From the IMG/VR virus record IMGVR_UViG_3300035130_000336, positions 1 to 64,000 of that record: DNA of 64,000 nucleotides; one strand, 5' to 3'. This document shows positions 7,717 to 18,005 of this stretch, piece by piece. The notes beneath the pieces were generated by a model. It was not told where the DNA came from and searched no databases. It saw only the letters and a program-made list of their open reading frames with translations. Made by a program: the position numbers and the translations under genes. The DNA comes from a virus (taxonomy: Duplodnaviria; Caudoviricetes). Every line of letters begins with the position of its first letter. Within the stretch, counting starts at the first letter, position 1.

Positions 7717-9760
7717 AAGACCTCCGATGTCCGCCAATAAGTACGAATATTATTATCCCCGCCCCATAGCCTTCACTGAACAACAGGTATTGCGTCTTAC
7801 TCCGGAAGAAGTCGCGGCCAACAAGATCGGAAGACGGCTTGAACCGCAGACAAAGTTAATTCTGAAAGCCGTGGCCACGCATGATTATGTGTCGATATTT
7901 TCAGGAAGAGGATGCACAAAAACCAGTTCTCTCGCCTTTCTGGCTCTTTGGTGGATATGGACAAGGAATGAATCCCGCGTAATCGCCACCGGTCCCAAAT
8001 ACGAAAACCTGAAGGCAACGCTTTGGGCGGAAATAAGGAAGTGGCTTGACGGTTCGAATCTTACCGATGAGATACGACTTACCGGTGAGAAAATTTATCA
8101 TGTCGATCCCACCATGCATGCTTTTGGGCAGATAATGACCACCAAGGACAAGGAGAATATTTCCGGTGTTCATGCCACTCACGTTTTGTGGCTGGTTGAT
8201 GAAGCTTCAAATGTCGAAAAAGTTATTATCGATGCGATCTTGGCGGGAATGAACGATCCGGATAATAAAATTGTTATGGCCGGAAATCCCACCTTGGCAT
8301 CCGGTCCCTTCTATGATTCTCATTATAAAGATAAAAATGATTGGTATCGTATCCGGTTAAGCACCGAACATTCCGAACGGAAAAACAATATATGGTTCAA
8401 ACGCATGCAGCGGTTCCCGAGAGAATCGGATATGTACCGGGTGTATGTTCTGGGGATGCCTCCGCTTGGGAATCCCATGGCCATTATATCTCTTTCCGAT
8501 TGTCATGCCGCGAAGGACCGGGATGTTCCGGCGGGTGATTATTTGGAAATGGGAATCGATCCGGCAAGGGAAGGAAACGACCTTACCGCAATTGCGATGA
8601 GGCAAGGAATGAAGTTGTTGGAAGTGCGTGTATTTCCGAAAACAAAAGGACCGGAGACCATCGGCCATGCCTTGAAAATGCTGCGTGAATATCGGATTAA
8701 AACCGGAATCAAAAGTAAGGTAAGAATTAAAATTGATGATCATGGTTTGGGCGGTCCCATCGGCGATGAACTGGCGTTGAATGAAACCGATAATATCGAG
8801 GTGGTACCATGCTTATCGAATACGAAAATCGATGATGATCGGTATCCGGATTCCGGTTCCGAAATGTGGTTCTACATGGCGGAAATCATAGGATCGATAG
8901 AATTGTGCGATGATGAAGATCTTATAGAGGAAATGTCAACGAGAGAGTGGCGTCCCGCTTCCAATAATAAAATGAAAATTGAACCGAAAGCGGAACATAA
9001 AAAGAGAGTGGGGAGAAGTCCGGACAGGGCCGATGCGGTTATAATCTGTTTTTATAAGGGTAGTAAAAAGATATTCGAACGTCCGGATAACCGGAGTGTG
9101 TCGAATAATTTTACCATAGATTGGAATTACGATCATCTGACCGATCCTTTTTTTGACGGCATTTTTATGGTGGATGTTCTTCACTATGCCGCCCTAGTGC
9201 TTAATAAGGATCTTTCCATTAATGGAATCGCGGCAATATACCAGCAATTCATTGACAAATTGTGGATTTACGCCGAATTCAAACAGGAGCATCCCGATCC
9301 GGATGTTATCGCGAGAATCGTGAACAGGAGTACGCATAAAGGATGTTATGACGATGACCGGGAAATACGTGTTATCGGAAACAACGAAATGTTCAATAAC
9401 AATGAGGATCGTCAACCATTGGGAGAAATTCTTCTGCGGTCGGGATTATACATCGCTTCCGCTGAAAAATATGATGAATTCGGAGCTATCGCGCTCGGTA
9501 TTAAAATGTACGGAGAAAACAATATCATCATTCATAACGATTTGAAGGATATGCGAACCGCGATAGCTCTCTGGTCGGTAAAGAAGGAAGGTCCGGATGT
9601 TGATAATAACGGATTCGTCAAAGCCTTGTTACTCATATTAAGTGAAGTGAGACGGAGAAAGAAAGAGAAAATAGAAATGAAAAAATTAAGGGATTATTCT
9701 CCGGTGTTAAGAATAAAGAAGAAAGAAAATCACAGTATGACAGCATGGTGTACGAGATGA
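7706..9760 (+). CDS. terL: terminase large subunit with C-terminal extension
   Basis: Walker A-like SGRGCTKT, Walker B LVDEAS, coupling motif AGNP, nuclease motifs GIDPAREGND, IDDHGLG and SPDRADA. Confidence 0.9.
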   Translation: MPRKRPPMSANKYEYYYPRPIAFTEQQVLRLTPEEVAANKIGRRLEPQTKLILKAVATHDYVSIFSGRGCTKTSSLAFLALWWIWTRNESRVIATGPKYENLKATLWAEIRKWLDGSNLTDEIRLTGEKIYHVDPTMHAFGQIMTTKDKENISGVHATHVLWLVDEASNVEKVIIDAILAGMNDPDNKIVMAGNPTLASGPFYDSHYKDKNDWYRIRLSTEHSERKNNIWFKRMQRFPRESDMYRVYVLGMPPLGNPMAIISLSDCHAAKDRDVPAGDYLEMGIDPAREGNDLTAIAMRQGMKLLEVRVFPKTKGPETIGHALKMLREYRIKTGIKSKVRIKIDDHGLGGPIGDELALNETDNIEVVPCLSNTKIDDDRYPDSGSEMWFYMAEIIGSIELCDDEDLIEEMSTREWRPASNNKMKIEPKAEHKKRVGRSPDRADAVIICFYKGSKKIFERPDNRSVSNNFTIDWNYDHLTDPFFDGIFMVDVLHYAALVLNKDLSINGIAAIYQQFIDKLWIYAEFKQEHPDPDVIARIVNRSTHKGCYDDDREIRVIGNNEMFNNNEDRQPLGEILLRSGLYIASAEKYDEFGAIALGIKMYGENNIIIHNDLKDMRTAIALWSVKKEGPDVDNNGFVKALLLILSEVRRRKKEKIEMKKLRDYSPVLRIKKKENHSMTAWCTR

Positions 9761-10185
9761 ATATAATCAAAACCAGATATGCGATTGAAGGGAAAGGTTT
9801 GTTCGTTGAGTACGAATGCGTGCCGGTTGATTTTCTGGTAAATATACCGATAATGGGTAAAGATAACAGGATTCTCGGCAGGGCGATACTGACGAAAAAT
9901 GTGCATTTTAAAAGAAATAACGGTACCGCACCGGTGATAAATGAAACGGTTATATTGACTGATATTATTGTATATGATCCGGATAATCGCGGCGAGGGAA
10001 TCGGCGATCAGATTATGGGATTTATTACCGGTTCGGGATTTTTCAATATTATTGTAACGGGTATATCTACTGAAGGTGGAAGGGAATTGTGTTTGAAATG
10101 GGGTTTCAAGCAGGAAACCATAAAAGGAAACAAATTACTCGTGTGGAGAAAGGAGCATCAGGATGCCGTTGACAAAAAAGGGTAA
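9745..10185 (+). CDS. GNAT-family acetyltransferase (putative)
   Basis: Acetyl-CoA-binding motif DNRGEGIG and ...LCLKWGF. Confidence 0.65.
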   Translation: MVYEMNIIKTRYAIEGKGLFVEYECVPVDFLVNIPIMGKDNRILGRAILTKNVHFKRNNGTAPVINETVILTDIIVYDPDNRGEGIGDQIMGFITGSGFFNIIVTGISTEGGRELCLKWGFKQETIKGNKLLVWRKEHQDAVDKKG

Positions 10186-10297
10186 GAAAATAATGACGAA
10201 CATGAAACAGGAATACGGCTCCAAAAAAGGGGAAAGCGTATTCTATGCATCGGCGAACAAGGGAACCATCAAAGGCGTGCATGGAAAGAAAAAGTGA
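10163..10297 (+). CDS. small basic phage protein (MPLTKKGKKIMTNMKQEYGSKKGESVFYASANKGTIKGVH), 44 aa
   Basis: Manually translated; AAGGAG RBS; resembles small basic proteins often found near phage head genes. Confidence 0.75.
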   Translation: MPLTKKGKKIMTNMKQEYGSKKGESVFYASANKGTIKGVHGKKK

Positions 10298-11238
10298 GTA
10301 GATTCTGTTTCTCATCCGTCTGCACGAACGATTCATATCAGTTCTTCATACCTTTATTCGTCTATACGACGAAGAAAGCGTATCCGGATGCCGGGGTTAA
10401 AGTGTTTGTTAAAGGAGAATTAAAGAATAATACCCGTGAAGCTTTGAAAATGATTCCGTATGATGGATGGGAAGTAAAGGAAAATTGTTTCAAATCATAC
10501 CCGAACAGGCCGTTTATAACGAATTGTCTGCGATTTCTTGTAAACGAAAAGGAATATAAAGGATATGACTATGTTTTTATAAAGGATATCGATTTTCTTA
10601 TATTCCCGCACAAGATTTCTCATTTGAAATTCTTTAAAGATGCCATGGGAGGACTGCCGTATTTCGGGGTGCGCGGTCCTTACCGGCATCCAAGGCGTTA
10701 CAATATAAATAGAATTGGATGGAAAGGTGATTTTACGAGAATCGCTGGCGGTTCTTTCGTTTTTAAAAACCCGGAATGGTTTGAAAAAACGCGGGAAATT
10801 CAGAAAAAGTATCGTTCTTTTATTAAACACAATCTTGCGGACGGTATCGACAGTCATATTCCCGCGTCGTACAGGGAATATGACGAAGTGATGCTTTATA
10901 GAATCGTTAAAAAGGCGGGATTGCCCGCTCCGACGAGAAAAAATAAAAATGTTTACAAAAAACATGCGCCAAAAATTTACAGGGATATACATCTGGGTGA
11001 TTTTATAAAGAGAAAACACGGCAAAAAAAGACTTGCCGGACGGGTAGCGGTTGAAAACCTGAAATTACTCGCCAAGCTTGAAAAAGATCCGTTATGGTTT
11101 CAAATACGGAAAAAAGTCGGTGAAAACGCCAAAATAAGAGAGATATTGAGACGCGTTCGAAAGTATACAAAATGGAAATTACATTTATCATCCTTATTAG
11201 AGGAAGAAACTGCGAAAAAACAGTTGAAAAATGCGTAA
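10294..11238 (+). CDS. putative GT-A glycosyltransferase-like protein
   Basis: YVFIKDIDF DxD motif; cluster context. Confidence 0.5.
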   Translation: MSRFCFSSVCTNDSYQFFIPLFVYTTKKAYPDAGVKVFVKGELKNNTREALKMIPYDGWEVKENCFKSYPNRPFITNCLRFLVNEKEYKGYDYVFIKDIDFLIFPHKISHLKFFKDAMGGLPYFGVRGPYRHPRRYNINRIGWKGDFTRIAGGSFVFKNPEWFEKTREIQKKYRSFIKHNLADGIDSHIPASYREYDEVMLYRIVKKAGLPAPTRKNKNVYKKHAPKIYRDIHLGDFIKRKHGKKRLAGRVAVENLKLLAKLEKDPLWFQIRKKVGENAKIREILRRVRKYTKWKLHLSSLLEEETAKKQLKNA

Positions 11239-11879
11239 GATCGATACGAAGACAGACATATTCACGATGGAAAGCGATCATATCGCTGGATGCGCCGATG
11301 GATAATTCAGCAATCGTAACGAATGCAGCGATAAAAGATGATAATAGATTTGTTTTGTCAACGAATTTGAACAATTTCGGACTTTGCAGAAACATGTATT
11401 CGATTATAGGTCTTACGAAACATGTTTTTAAACCTGATAATGACGATGTGGCGGTGGTGGTTGACGCCGACGATTATATCAGTAAGGAAGCGCTTGCAAC
11501 CGTTGAACGTGTTTATCGCGAACATCCCGATACTTTGATTACTCATGGAAGTTATAAGAAGATTTCAAAAGGAAGAAGAACGAAGATCAGCAAACCGTAT
11601 CCGCGAAACGGCGATATCAGGAAATTGCCGTGGCGTGGATCGCATTTGAAAACAATTAAATGGAAAATCATTAAACAGGCAAAACCGCAATGGTTTCAAC
11701 ATGGTGGAAAATGGTTTGAAGCGGCAAGTGATTTGGCTTTGATGTTCGGTTGTATCGGCATTACGGGATTAAAAAAGGTGAGGCATATTCATAAAGTTAT
11801 TTATTACTGGAACGATCATGTGACGCGAAGAAAAAAACGGTTGCAAAGAAAATGCGAAAAGCTTTTGAGAAAGAGTTGA
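11172..11879 (+). CDS. glycosyltransferase family 2
   Basis: RNCEKTVEKCVRSIRRQTY and VVVDADD motifs. Confidence 0.85.
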   Translation: MEITFIILIRGRNCEKTVEKCVRSIRRQTYSRWKAIISLDAPMDNSAIVTNAAIKDDNRFVLSTNLNNFGLCRNMYSIIGLTKHVFKPDNDDVAVVVDADDYISKEALATVERVYREHPDTLITHGSYKKISKGRRTKISKPYPRNGDIRKLPWRGSHLKTIKWKIIKQAKPQWFQHGGKWFEAASDLALMFGCIGITGLKKVRHIHKVIYYWNDHVTRRKKRLQRKCEKLLRKS

Positions 11880-11880
11880 A

Positions 11881-12189
11881 ATGGATGAGGAATTTTTAAA
11901 AAAAAGCGCTGAAATGGCGAAATCGGCGGTGGAAAAATGCCTCCTTACCGACGGTATTCAATATGTAACGGTGATGGATGAAGGTGGAGAATTCCGGGTA
12001 AAAGCGACGAAACGGCTGGATAGGGATAAAAAATTTTATGGAGAAATGCTGGTTACCATAGGACCGCCGAATTGGGGAGAACGTAATCGAATAGCCAATA
12101 TGAAAAAACGCGGCAAAGTACCGGAATTCTTTTTCAAAGTGATAGGTAAGTCACATCGTAAAAATTCGACGGAGGAGTATTTCTTTTGA
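11881..12189 (+). CDS. hypothetical protein
   Basis: 102 aa ORF within the operon. Confidence 0.6.
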   Translation: MDEEFLKKSAEMAKSAVEKCLLTDGIQYVTVMDEGGEFRVKATKRLDRDKKFYGEMLVTIGPPNWGERNRIANMKKRGKVPEFFFKVIGKSHRKNSTEEYFF

Positions 12190-12956
12190 AAACACTTCTT
12201 GCTGGACCATGGCTTGGAGAATTCGGATGGGAAATAATGACATGGGTTCCTGCTATTCGGAAATATAGTCGAAAATTCGATGAAACTATTATTGTATGTA
12301 AAATTGAACATGAGTATCTTTATCGTGATTTCGCGAAAAAGTTTATTTTTCACGAAAAAAAAGGTTTGCCAGACAGATGGTTGTTGAATGGTAAAAAAGT
12401 AAAGTTGCCCGAACTTATCATAAGGGATTTTCCGAAGACGTATGTTGTTCAACCGACGCGCTCTATATGTTCTGAATGGAAAAGAGAATATTTAAAATAT
12501 GGAATTAAAAGAATGAGCTGCGATTACGATCTTGTTATACATGCGAGGACGTGTGATAAATACGGACAGAGAAGTTGGAATTGGCCGAAACCGCGATATC
12601 GAGAGTTATTAAAAATATTAAAACCGAAAAAAGTGTGTTGTATAGGAACCGAAGCGCATTATATCGATAATACGGAAGATATGCGGAATTTTTCATTAAA
12701 CATTATATGTGATGTTTTGGCAAGCAGCAAAGTGCTCCTTACTCCTTCCAGCGGGCCGGGACATCTGGCGAGTTTATGCGGATGTCCTCAGGTGATTATG
12801 ACCGATAATAAATATCAAAAGTCAATAAAAGGAACCAATAAGGACAGATATAAACATATATGGAATCCGTTTGATACGCCGTGCAAGGTTCTTGATGAGG
12901 ATAATTGGCAATCATCCATTAAAAAGGTGGTAAAAGCCTTGGAGAAATTTTTATGA
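12186..12956 (+). CDS. GT9 (heptosyltransferase)-like glycosyltransferase
   Basis: GEFGWE, RSWNWP and SSGPGHLASLCGCP motifs. Confidence 0.7.
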   Translation: MKTLLAGPWLGEFGWEIMTWVPAIRKYSRKFDETIIVCKIEHEYLYRDFAKKFIFHEKKGLPDRWLLNGKKVKLPELIIRDFPKTYVVQPTRSICSEWKREYLKYGIKRMSCDYDLVIHARTCDKYGQRSWNWPKPRYRELLKILKPKKVCCIGTEAHYIDNTEDMRNFSLNIICDVLASSKVLLTPSSGPGHLASLCGCPQVIMTDNKYQKSIKGTNKDRYKHIWNPFDTPCKVLDEDNWQSSIKKVVKALEKFL

Positions 12957-13906
12957 ATATCTGTTTTTACGCGAATCATCCTTATTGGTCACAATTAAAT
13001 CCTAATGGGGGAACTTCGACCATTTTAAAATCCGCGAATTCATTGAAGAGTCTTGGTCATAAAGTTTATATTGTCGCGACAAAGGATAAATTTCGCTGGT
13101 TTAAACATCCTAAACCGGTGAATAAGATTTCAGAAGATGCCGATGCATGTATCGCCGTTACCGTCAGCGATATTAAACCGATGCTGAAGTATGCACCGAA
13201 AAAAGCGAAATTGTTCTATTGGTGCAGGCTTTTGGAAAATCATCAAATGCCGAAAAGGAAAGTGCTTAAATGGGCATCAAAAGTAAAAGTAATAGTAAAT
13301 AGTGAAAATTTGCGTGATTGGTATGCGAACCATGGAATAGAAACACGTATTGCTTATCAGGGTATTGATTCATATCGATGGCATAATTTGTATATCCATG
13401 AAAAAAACAGCATCGGTTTTTTAATATCGGATAAACCGCGAAAACATTTTGATTTCGTGATGGAGATCGTTAAAAAGCTTGGTGATACTTATCGATATTA
13501 TGGATATGGTATCGATTTGAATAAGAAAATAAAGAGATTTGTTAAAAACAATTTTTATTCTTTTGTAAAAAATGCGGATTACAGCAGCTTGATACGGATA
13601 TATAATGTCGTTGATACATGGGTTGTTACCAGCACGAAAGAGGGATTGCACAATCCGCCGATGGAAGCCGCGTTGTGCGGATGTACGGTCGTCTATCCGG
13701 ATGCTCCGTTAGCGGGTTGCAGCGATCATTGTATTGATAATGAAACCGCATGGCGATACAAGGCTCTTGATGTCGATTCGGCGATAAAAGCGATAAAATC
13801 ATCGGATAAAACGCGATGTAAAACTCATCGTGAACTTATCCTTAATAAAATAGGTAATCGCGAACAAGCAATGAGAAACTTCGTGGAGGTGTTAAAATGT
13901 TATTGA
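12953..13906 (+). CDS. GT4/GT-B glycosyltransferase
   Basis: STKEGLHNPPMEAALCG (EX7E) motif. Confidence 0.85.
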   Translation: MNICFYANHPYWSQLNPNGGTSTILKSANSLKSLGHKVYIVATKDKFRWFKHPKPVNKISEDADACIAVTVSDIKPMLKYAPKKAKLFYWCRLLENHQMPKRKVLKWASKVKVIVNSENLRDWYANHGIETRIAYQGIDSYRWHNLYIHEKNSIGFLISDKPRKHFDFVMEIVKKLGDTYRYYGYGIDLNKKIKRFVKNNFYSFVKNADYSSLIRIYNVVDTWVVTSTKEGLHNPPMEAALCGCTVVYPDAPLAGCSDHCIDNETAWRYKALDVDSAIKAIKSSDKTRCKTHRELILNKIGNREQAMRNFVEVLKCY

Positions 13907-15114
13907 CAAAAGATCAGTACAGGGAATTGTCGGGAAGTTGGGCGAAACATGGAACTATTTATCAGAAATTTGACAGATATCAGGTTCGGTTTCCTACGTT
14001 GTTGAAACATATCAATGTATTCAAAGGAAAAAACGTGCTCGAAGTGGGATGTAATGCCGGACTCGCCGCGTATCATATCGCACAAGTTGCTAATTGTTAT
14101 ACAGGAGTGGAAGGAGAAAAAGGATATTGGCAGCAAGCGCTTGAAACGAAAAAGCACATTCCTGAATTAGAATATGAACCGACGTTTTTAAATATGAGTA
14201 TTAAATCTTTCATGAAACGTATTGAAAAAGGTAAGTTGAAGGATGAGACAAATGCCGCGTATCTTTCATACGTGCTTTATCATTTCAGCGATAAAGAAGT
14301 GCGTCTGTTTGAAAAAGTGATTCTTCCAAAACTGGATGTAATTATCGTGCAAAGCAGATTTGCAGAAAGAAATAAGAAAGGCCGCAGGAAACATAATAGT
14401 TATGCTTTCTGGCATCCCATGAACGTTGAAAAATATTTAAATAAAAACGGATTTTCCACAACGGTGGAATGGGGACCGGAAAGGAAATTTCATTTTATTA
14501 TAGGGAGTAAAGATATATCTGATGAGAAGCTTTTAAAAGAAGAAGATAATATGATACATGAAGCTTTAACGGAACCTAAAGGTGAAGCTGTCACATATAC
14601 AAAAGAGATTGAAGATGCTTTAATAAAAAATCGGGTTGAACTTCCAACTGAGAAATTACAGGAATTGGATAAATGGGCAAAAATACATAAACCAATGGGA
14701 ATACAGCTTCCGGAATTTGATAAGGAGCAAACTGATGGAGATAAAAGGGATAGCGGAATTCATTCAGAGAGCGCATGTGCCGTGCCCGAAGGACGGAGTG
14801 CATCAGGTGGGAGCGAACAATCGGATAAAGGGGAGCCATGCGATACTGTTGAACGAGAAATTGATTCCGAAGGGAAGAGTGAAACTGTATTACCAAAAAA
14901 GCCAGAAAGTGGGCGTTCAGGTATTTTACAGCCTGTCATGGAAGAAAGCACAGAAGAAACGGTACGTGATAAAGATATTCAAAAAGTGGGAAAAAATCCA
15001 CGAATTCGGCGTCGCCCCACGACCAGAAAAAATAGTGGAAGTAAAGGTAAATCTGTTGTACAAAAAGACGCGCCACAAAACGACGGCGTTGGGGATAAAG
15101 ACGCAACATGTTGA
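13897..15114 (+). CDS. class I SAM-dependent methyltransferase with long low-complexity tail
   Basis: VLEVGCNAG and YVLYH motifs; paralog of 23729-24337; tail overlaps the next gene. Confidence 0.75.
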   Translation: MLLTKDQYRELSGSWAKHGTIYQKFDRYQVRFPTLLKHINVFKGKNVLEVGCNAGLAAYHIAQVANCYTGVEGEKGYWQQALETKKHIPELEYEPTFLNMSIKSFMKRIEKGKLKDETNAAYLSYVLYHFSDKEVRLFEKVILPKLDVIIVQSRFAERNKKGRRKHNSYAFWHPMNVEKYLNKNGFSTTVEWGPERKFHFIIGSKDISDEKLLKEEDNMIHEALTEPKGEAVTYTKEIEDALIKNRVELPTEKLQELDKWAKIHKPMGIQLPEFDKEQTDGDKRDSGIHSESACAVPEGRSASGGSEQSDKGEPCDTVEREIDSEGKSETVLPKKPESGRSGILQPVMEESTEETVRDKDIQKVGKNPRIRRRPTTRKNSGSKGKSVVQKDAPQNDGVGDKDATC

Positions 15115-15334
15115 TGCGCCGGAAAAAGCATGGTGGGATTATGTTTGCGGTTATCCATATGATTGGAAAGCGGTTGATCATCCGGATCATTCACCGGAGG
15201 GGTATTTAAAATTCGTAAAATGGGCGAAAAGAAAACAGCATGCGAACGGAGTTTCAACCGAAGGGAGTTATAAACTCGGTGATGTGATGTGGAGTTGTTC
15301 GAAAAAACGATGGTATCTGGTGGATATTGATTGA
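14735..15334 (+). CDS. kinase-like protein (paralog of 24318-24911)
   Basis: AAGGAG RBS before MEIKG; shared VFYSL, PYDW..DHP.HS and WYLVD motifs; protein-kinase-like layout inferred. Confidence 0.6.
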   Translation: MEIKGIAEFIQRAHVPCPKDGVHQVGANNRIKGSHAILLNEKLIPKGRVKLYYQKSQKVGVQVFYSLSWKKAQKKRYVIKIFKKWEKIHEFGVAPRPEKIVEVKVNLLYKKTRHKTTALGIKTQHVDAPEKAWWDYVCGYPYDWKAVDHPDHSPEGYLKFVKWAKRKQHANGVSTEGSYKLGDVMWSCSKKRWYLVDID

Positions 15335-15471
15335 TAATATAAAGGTTGCCATGCCTTATGCCGTCCTTAACGTATACGAACGTGGTAGAAGTTGAGCAAC
15401 CGTGGTATCGGTTCAACGGTCAATTGGCATGGCAATTATTTTATGATAAATAATATGAAGTTGGAAATAAA

Positions 15472-16431
15472 ATGCTCATCCATGTAAACAAAAATTATTT
15501 CGCAAGGGGGAAAACCGGTAAAGGTAAATTCGCGGCACGGTTGGTTAATTCATGGCGTGAAATGGGAATTAAAATAACTGAAAATCCGAAAGCAAAAGCC
15601 GATATCGCGCTTCATATCGGAAGAATGAATTATGATTCAAAGGCGAAAAAGCATGTATTGCGTGTCGGTCCCGCCTGTATCAATACCAATATGAATTGGA
15701 AGAAAATAAATCACGAAAAAGCGCAATCGGTAAAGAAAGCCGATGCCGTGATTTATCAGTCGCGATATTCAAAGAAGATATATCATAATCTTGTTTGCAA
15801 GCCGAATAAGCCGGAAACGGTAATATTCAACGGTGCCGATCCTCGTGATTATGATGTTGAACCGTTTGACAGTCATTTCAAAAATAATTTTCTGGCGAGT
15901 ACGAGAGTATGGTTGAAACAGAAAAGGCTTAAAACGATTATTCAATCTTTTCTTGAAATTGAAAGTGATGAAAATCGTTTAATCGTTTGTGGGGATACTC
16001 AAGGGATTGATAAAAAATATAATGGTTATAATAATATATTGTTTACCGGGTCGGTAAGCGATGAAGTTTTATCGGGGTTTTATAAAGCATGCAATGCGAT
16101 GATTCATATTACTTGGATCGATGCATGTCCTAACAGCGTTGTGGAAGCCCTTGTTGCTGGATTGCCGGTTATCTGTACCGATCAGGGGGGAACGCATGAA
16201 TTATTGGATATTTCTTCTGTCTATCGTTATTGTATCGTTTTAAAACATGATTCAATATTTAAATATAAACCTGTCAATCTGGATAAACCTCCGCAATCGG
16301 ATGAATTGATATGGTTGTTATCGAGTGCTATGAAAAGATATGTTCATGAATCATATAAAATAGAAGCTTCATATCTTTATATTGAAAATATCGCAAAACA
16401 GTATTTAAAATATTTCGAAAAAATATTATGA
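15472..16431 (+). CDS. GT4 glycosyltransferase
   Basis: VIFNGAD and DACPNSVVEALVAGLPVIC motifs. Confidence 0.85.
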   Translation: MLIHVNKNYFARGKTGKGKFAARLVNSWREMGIKITENPKAKADIALHIGRMNYDSKAKKHVLRVGPACINTNMNWKKINHEKAQSVKKADAVIYQSRYSKKIYHNLVCKPNKPETVIFNGADPRDYDVEPFDSHFKNNFLASTRVWLKQKRLKTIIQSFLEIESDENRLIVCGDTQGIDKKYNGYNNILFTGSVSDEVLSGFYKACNAMIHITWIDACPNSVVEALVAGLPVICTDQGGTHELLDISSVYRYCIVLKHDSIFKYKPVNLDKPPQSDELIWLLSSAMKRYVHESYKIEASYLYIENIAKQYLKYFEKIL

Positions 16432-16982
16432 GTGAAATCAAATATTTAAGCAAGAAATTTGAAAAAATTGATTTGAGAAAATTAAAATATCAATTCGTTC
16501 CCGAGTTTACGAATATGGATATTTGGAATTATGATATGAGTTTGCCGTATAGTCCGCAAGTGGAATGCGCGAAATTGCTTTTAAAATATGGAAGGGATTG
16601 GTCGAAACTGAAAGATTGCAGATTCGCGCAAGATCGTCGGCATAGATATAAATGCGGAATGACCAAATGGACCGAAAAAGCGATAAAAAAACATATTTTA
16701 GATTCACGTTATAATATTCTCATGAGTATAAAGAAACACGGATTCGATGAAAAATTAAATAGAAAGCAGCCGATAGCGATTCTTATTTCGCCTTTCTGGA
16801 CTACGAGATTTAATTATATGGCTGATTGGTTAATGGGACCGGAAATATATCATGGAGGACGCCGATGCGCGGCAATGTACGCACTTGGATATAAAAAGGT
16901 ATCGGTTTTGTGGGTAGAAGATAAATATCCCGGATCGAATAAAGGCGGAAAATTCGAAACGAAAGTAATCAAATATTTATGA
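16428..16982 (+). CDS. ParB/sulfiredoxin-like domain protein
   Basis: SIKKHGF...PI...IYHGGRRCAAMYALG resembles the ParB-N GxxR motif. Confidence 0.5.
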   Translation: MSEIKYLSKKFEKIDLRKLKYQFVPEFTNMDIWNYDMSLPYSPQVECAKLLLKYGRDWSKLKDCRFAQDRRHRYKCGMTKWTEKAIKKHILDSRYNILMSIKKHGFDEKLNRKQPIAILISPFWTTRFNYMADWLMGPEIYHGGRRCAAMYALGYKKVSVLWVEDKYPGSNKGGKFETKVIKYL

Positions 16983-17731
16983 TTAGCGTTATAATACCCG
17001 TTTATAATTACGCACAGTATCTTTTACAGGCTTTTTTATCGGTAGTAAACGAATGCGACGATATGGAAATTATCATCGTTGATGACGGCAGTACCGATGA
17101 TATCAAAAAAGTGATAGATAAAATAAGCCGACCTTTTGCTTTTCCGGAGAAGATTATAAGGTTTATATCGTTGGGATCGAACAGGGGAGTATCGATAGCG
17201 AGAAACGCGGGATTGAGAATAAGTGAAGGAAAATACATTACTTTCCTCGATGCGGATGATATGCGTGTTCCGGGGAGTATACTGGCTCAAAAAATGTATC
17301 TTGATAATTATGAGAATGTTGATGTGGTGTTCGGTGAAGCATTGGAAATACGCGGGGACATAAAATATTCTCAAGCTATAAACAGAGTAAGAAAATTTAG
17401 AATTCATCCGTCAGAAGTAAATCCGCAAACGGTGATGTATCGCAGAATCGTTTTTGAAAAATATGGTGGCTGGTATGAAGGGCTTATTTCCGGGGAGGAT
17501 AAAGAGATGAGTATTCGTCTCGGCATACATCCGGAATCGCCTTTTAAATTAGTTAAGGCGAAAAAACTTAAAGCTCCCATGGCATTTTATCGGAAGCATC
17601 CAAATGAAAAACATAAATTGAGAAAAGCCAATGTTGTTTGGAATAAAGAGACGAAACGAATTCAGAAAGACCGTATCATACAATTAAAACGTGAGGGAAT
17701 TACGAGAGAAAATACCTGTTTTCCTATTTAA
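16979..17731 (+). CDS. glycosyltransferase family 2
   Basis: ISVIIPVYN, IVDDGSTD, ARNAG and FLDADD motifs. Confidence 0.92.
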   Translation: MISVIIPVYNYAQYLLQAFLSVVNECDDMEIIIVDDGSTDDIKKVIDKISRPFAFPEKIIRFISLGSNRGVSIARNAGLRISEGKYITFLDADDMRVPGSILAQKMYLDNYENVDVVFGEALEIRGDIKYSQAINRVRKFRIHPSEVNPQTVMYRRIVFEKYGGWYEGLISGEDKEMSIRLGIHPESPFKLVKAKKLKAPMAFYRKHPNEKHKLRKANVVWNKETKRIQKDRIIQLKREGITRENTCFPI

Positions 17732-17741
17732 AGGATATAAA

Positions 17742-18002
17742 ATGTCGTTACGAAAGGCAACAAAAATAAGAACATTATGCGAAGTTCTTCGTGAAATAAA
17801 CGATCTTCATCAGGGAGAAACAAAACATGACAGAAAAGTTCGTAAAAGGCTTGTTGAAATTGAGCGTATGGCGAAAAAAATGTCTTATAAACTTTTGGAC
17901 TACAATAAGGAATATGATAAAGAATGGTGGGAAACTGTTGAAGGTAAAGAACGTGAAAAACGTTTAAGAAAGCGGTTGTCAAAATCATATTTAATTGGAT
18001 AG
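17742..18002 (+). CDS. hypothetical basic protein
   Basis: AAGGA RBS before MSLRKATK. Confidence 0.6.
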   Translation: MSLRKATKIRTLCEVLREINDLHQGETKHDRKVRKRLVEIERMAKKMSYKLLDYNKEYDKEWWETVEGKEREKRLRKRLSKSYLIG

Positions 18003-18005
18003 CAT

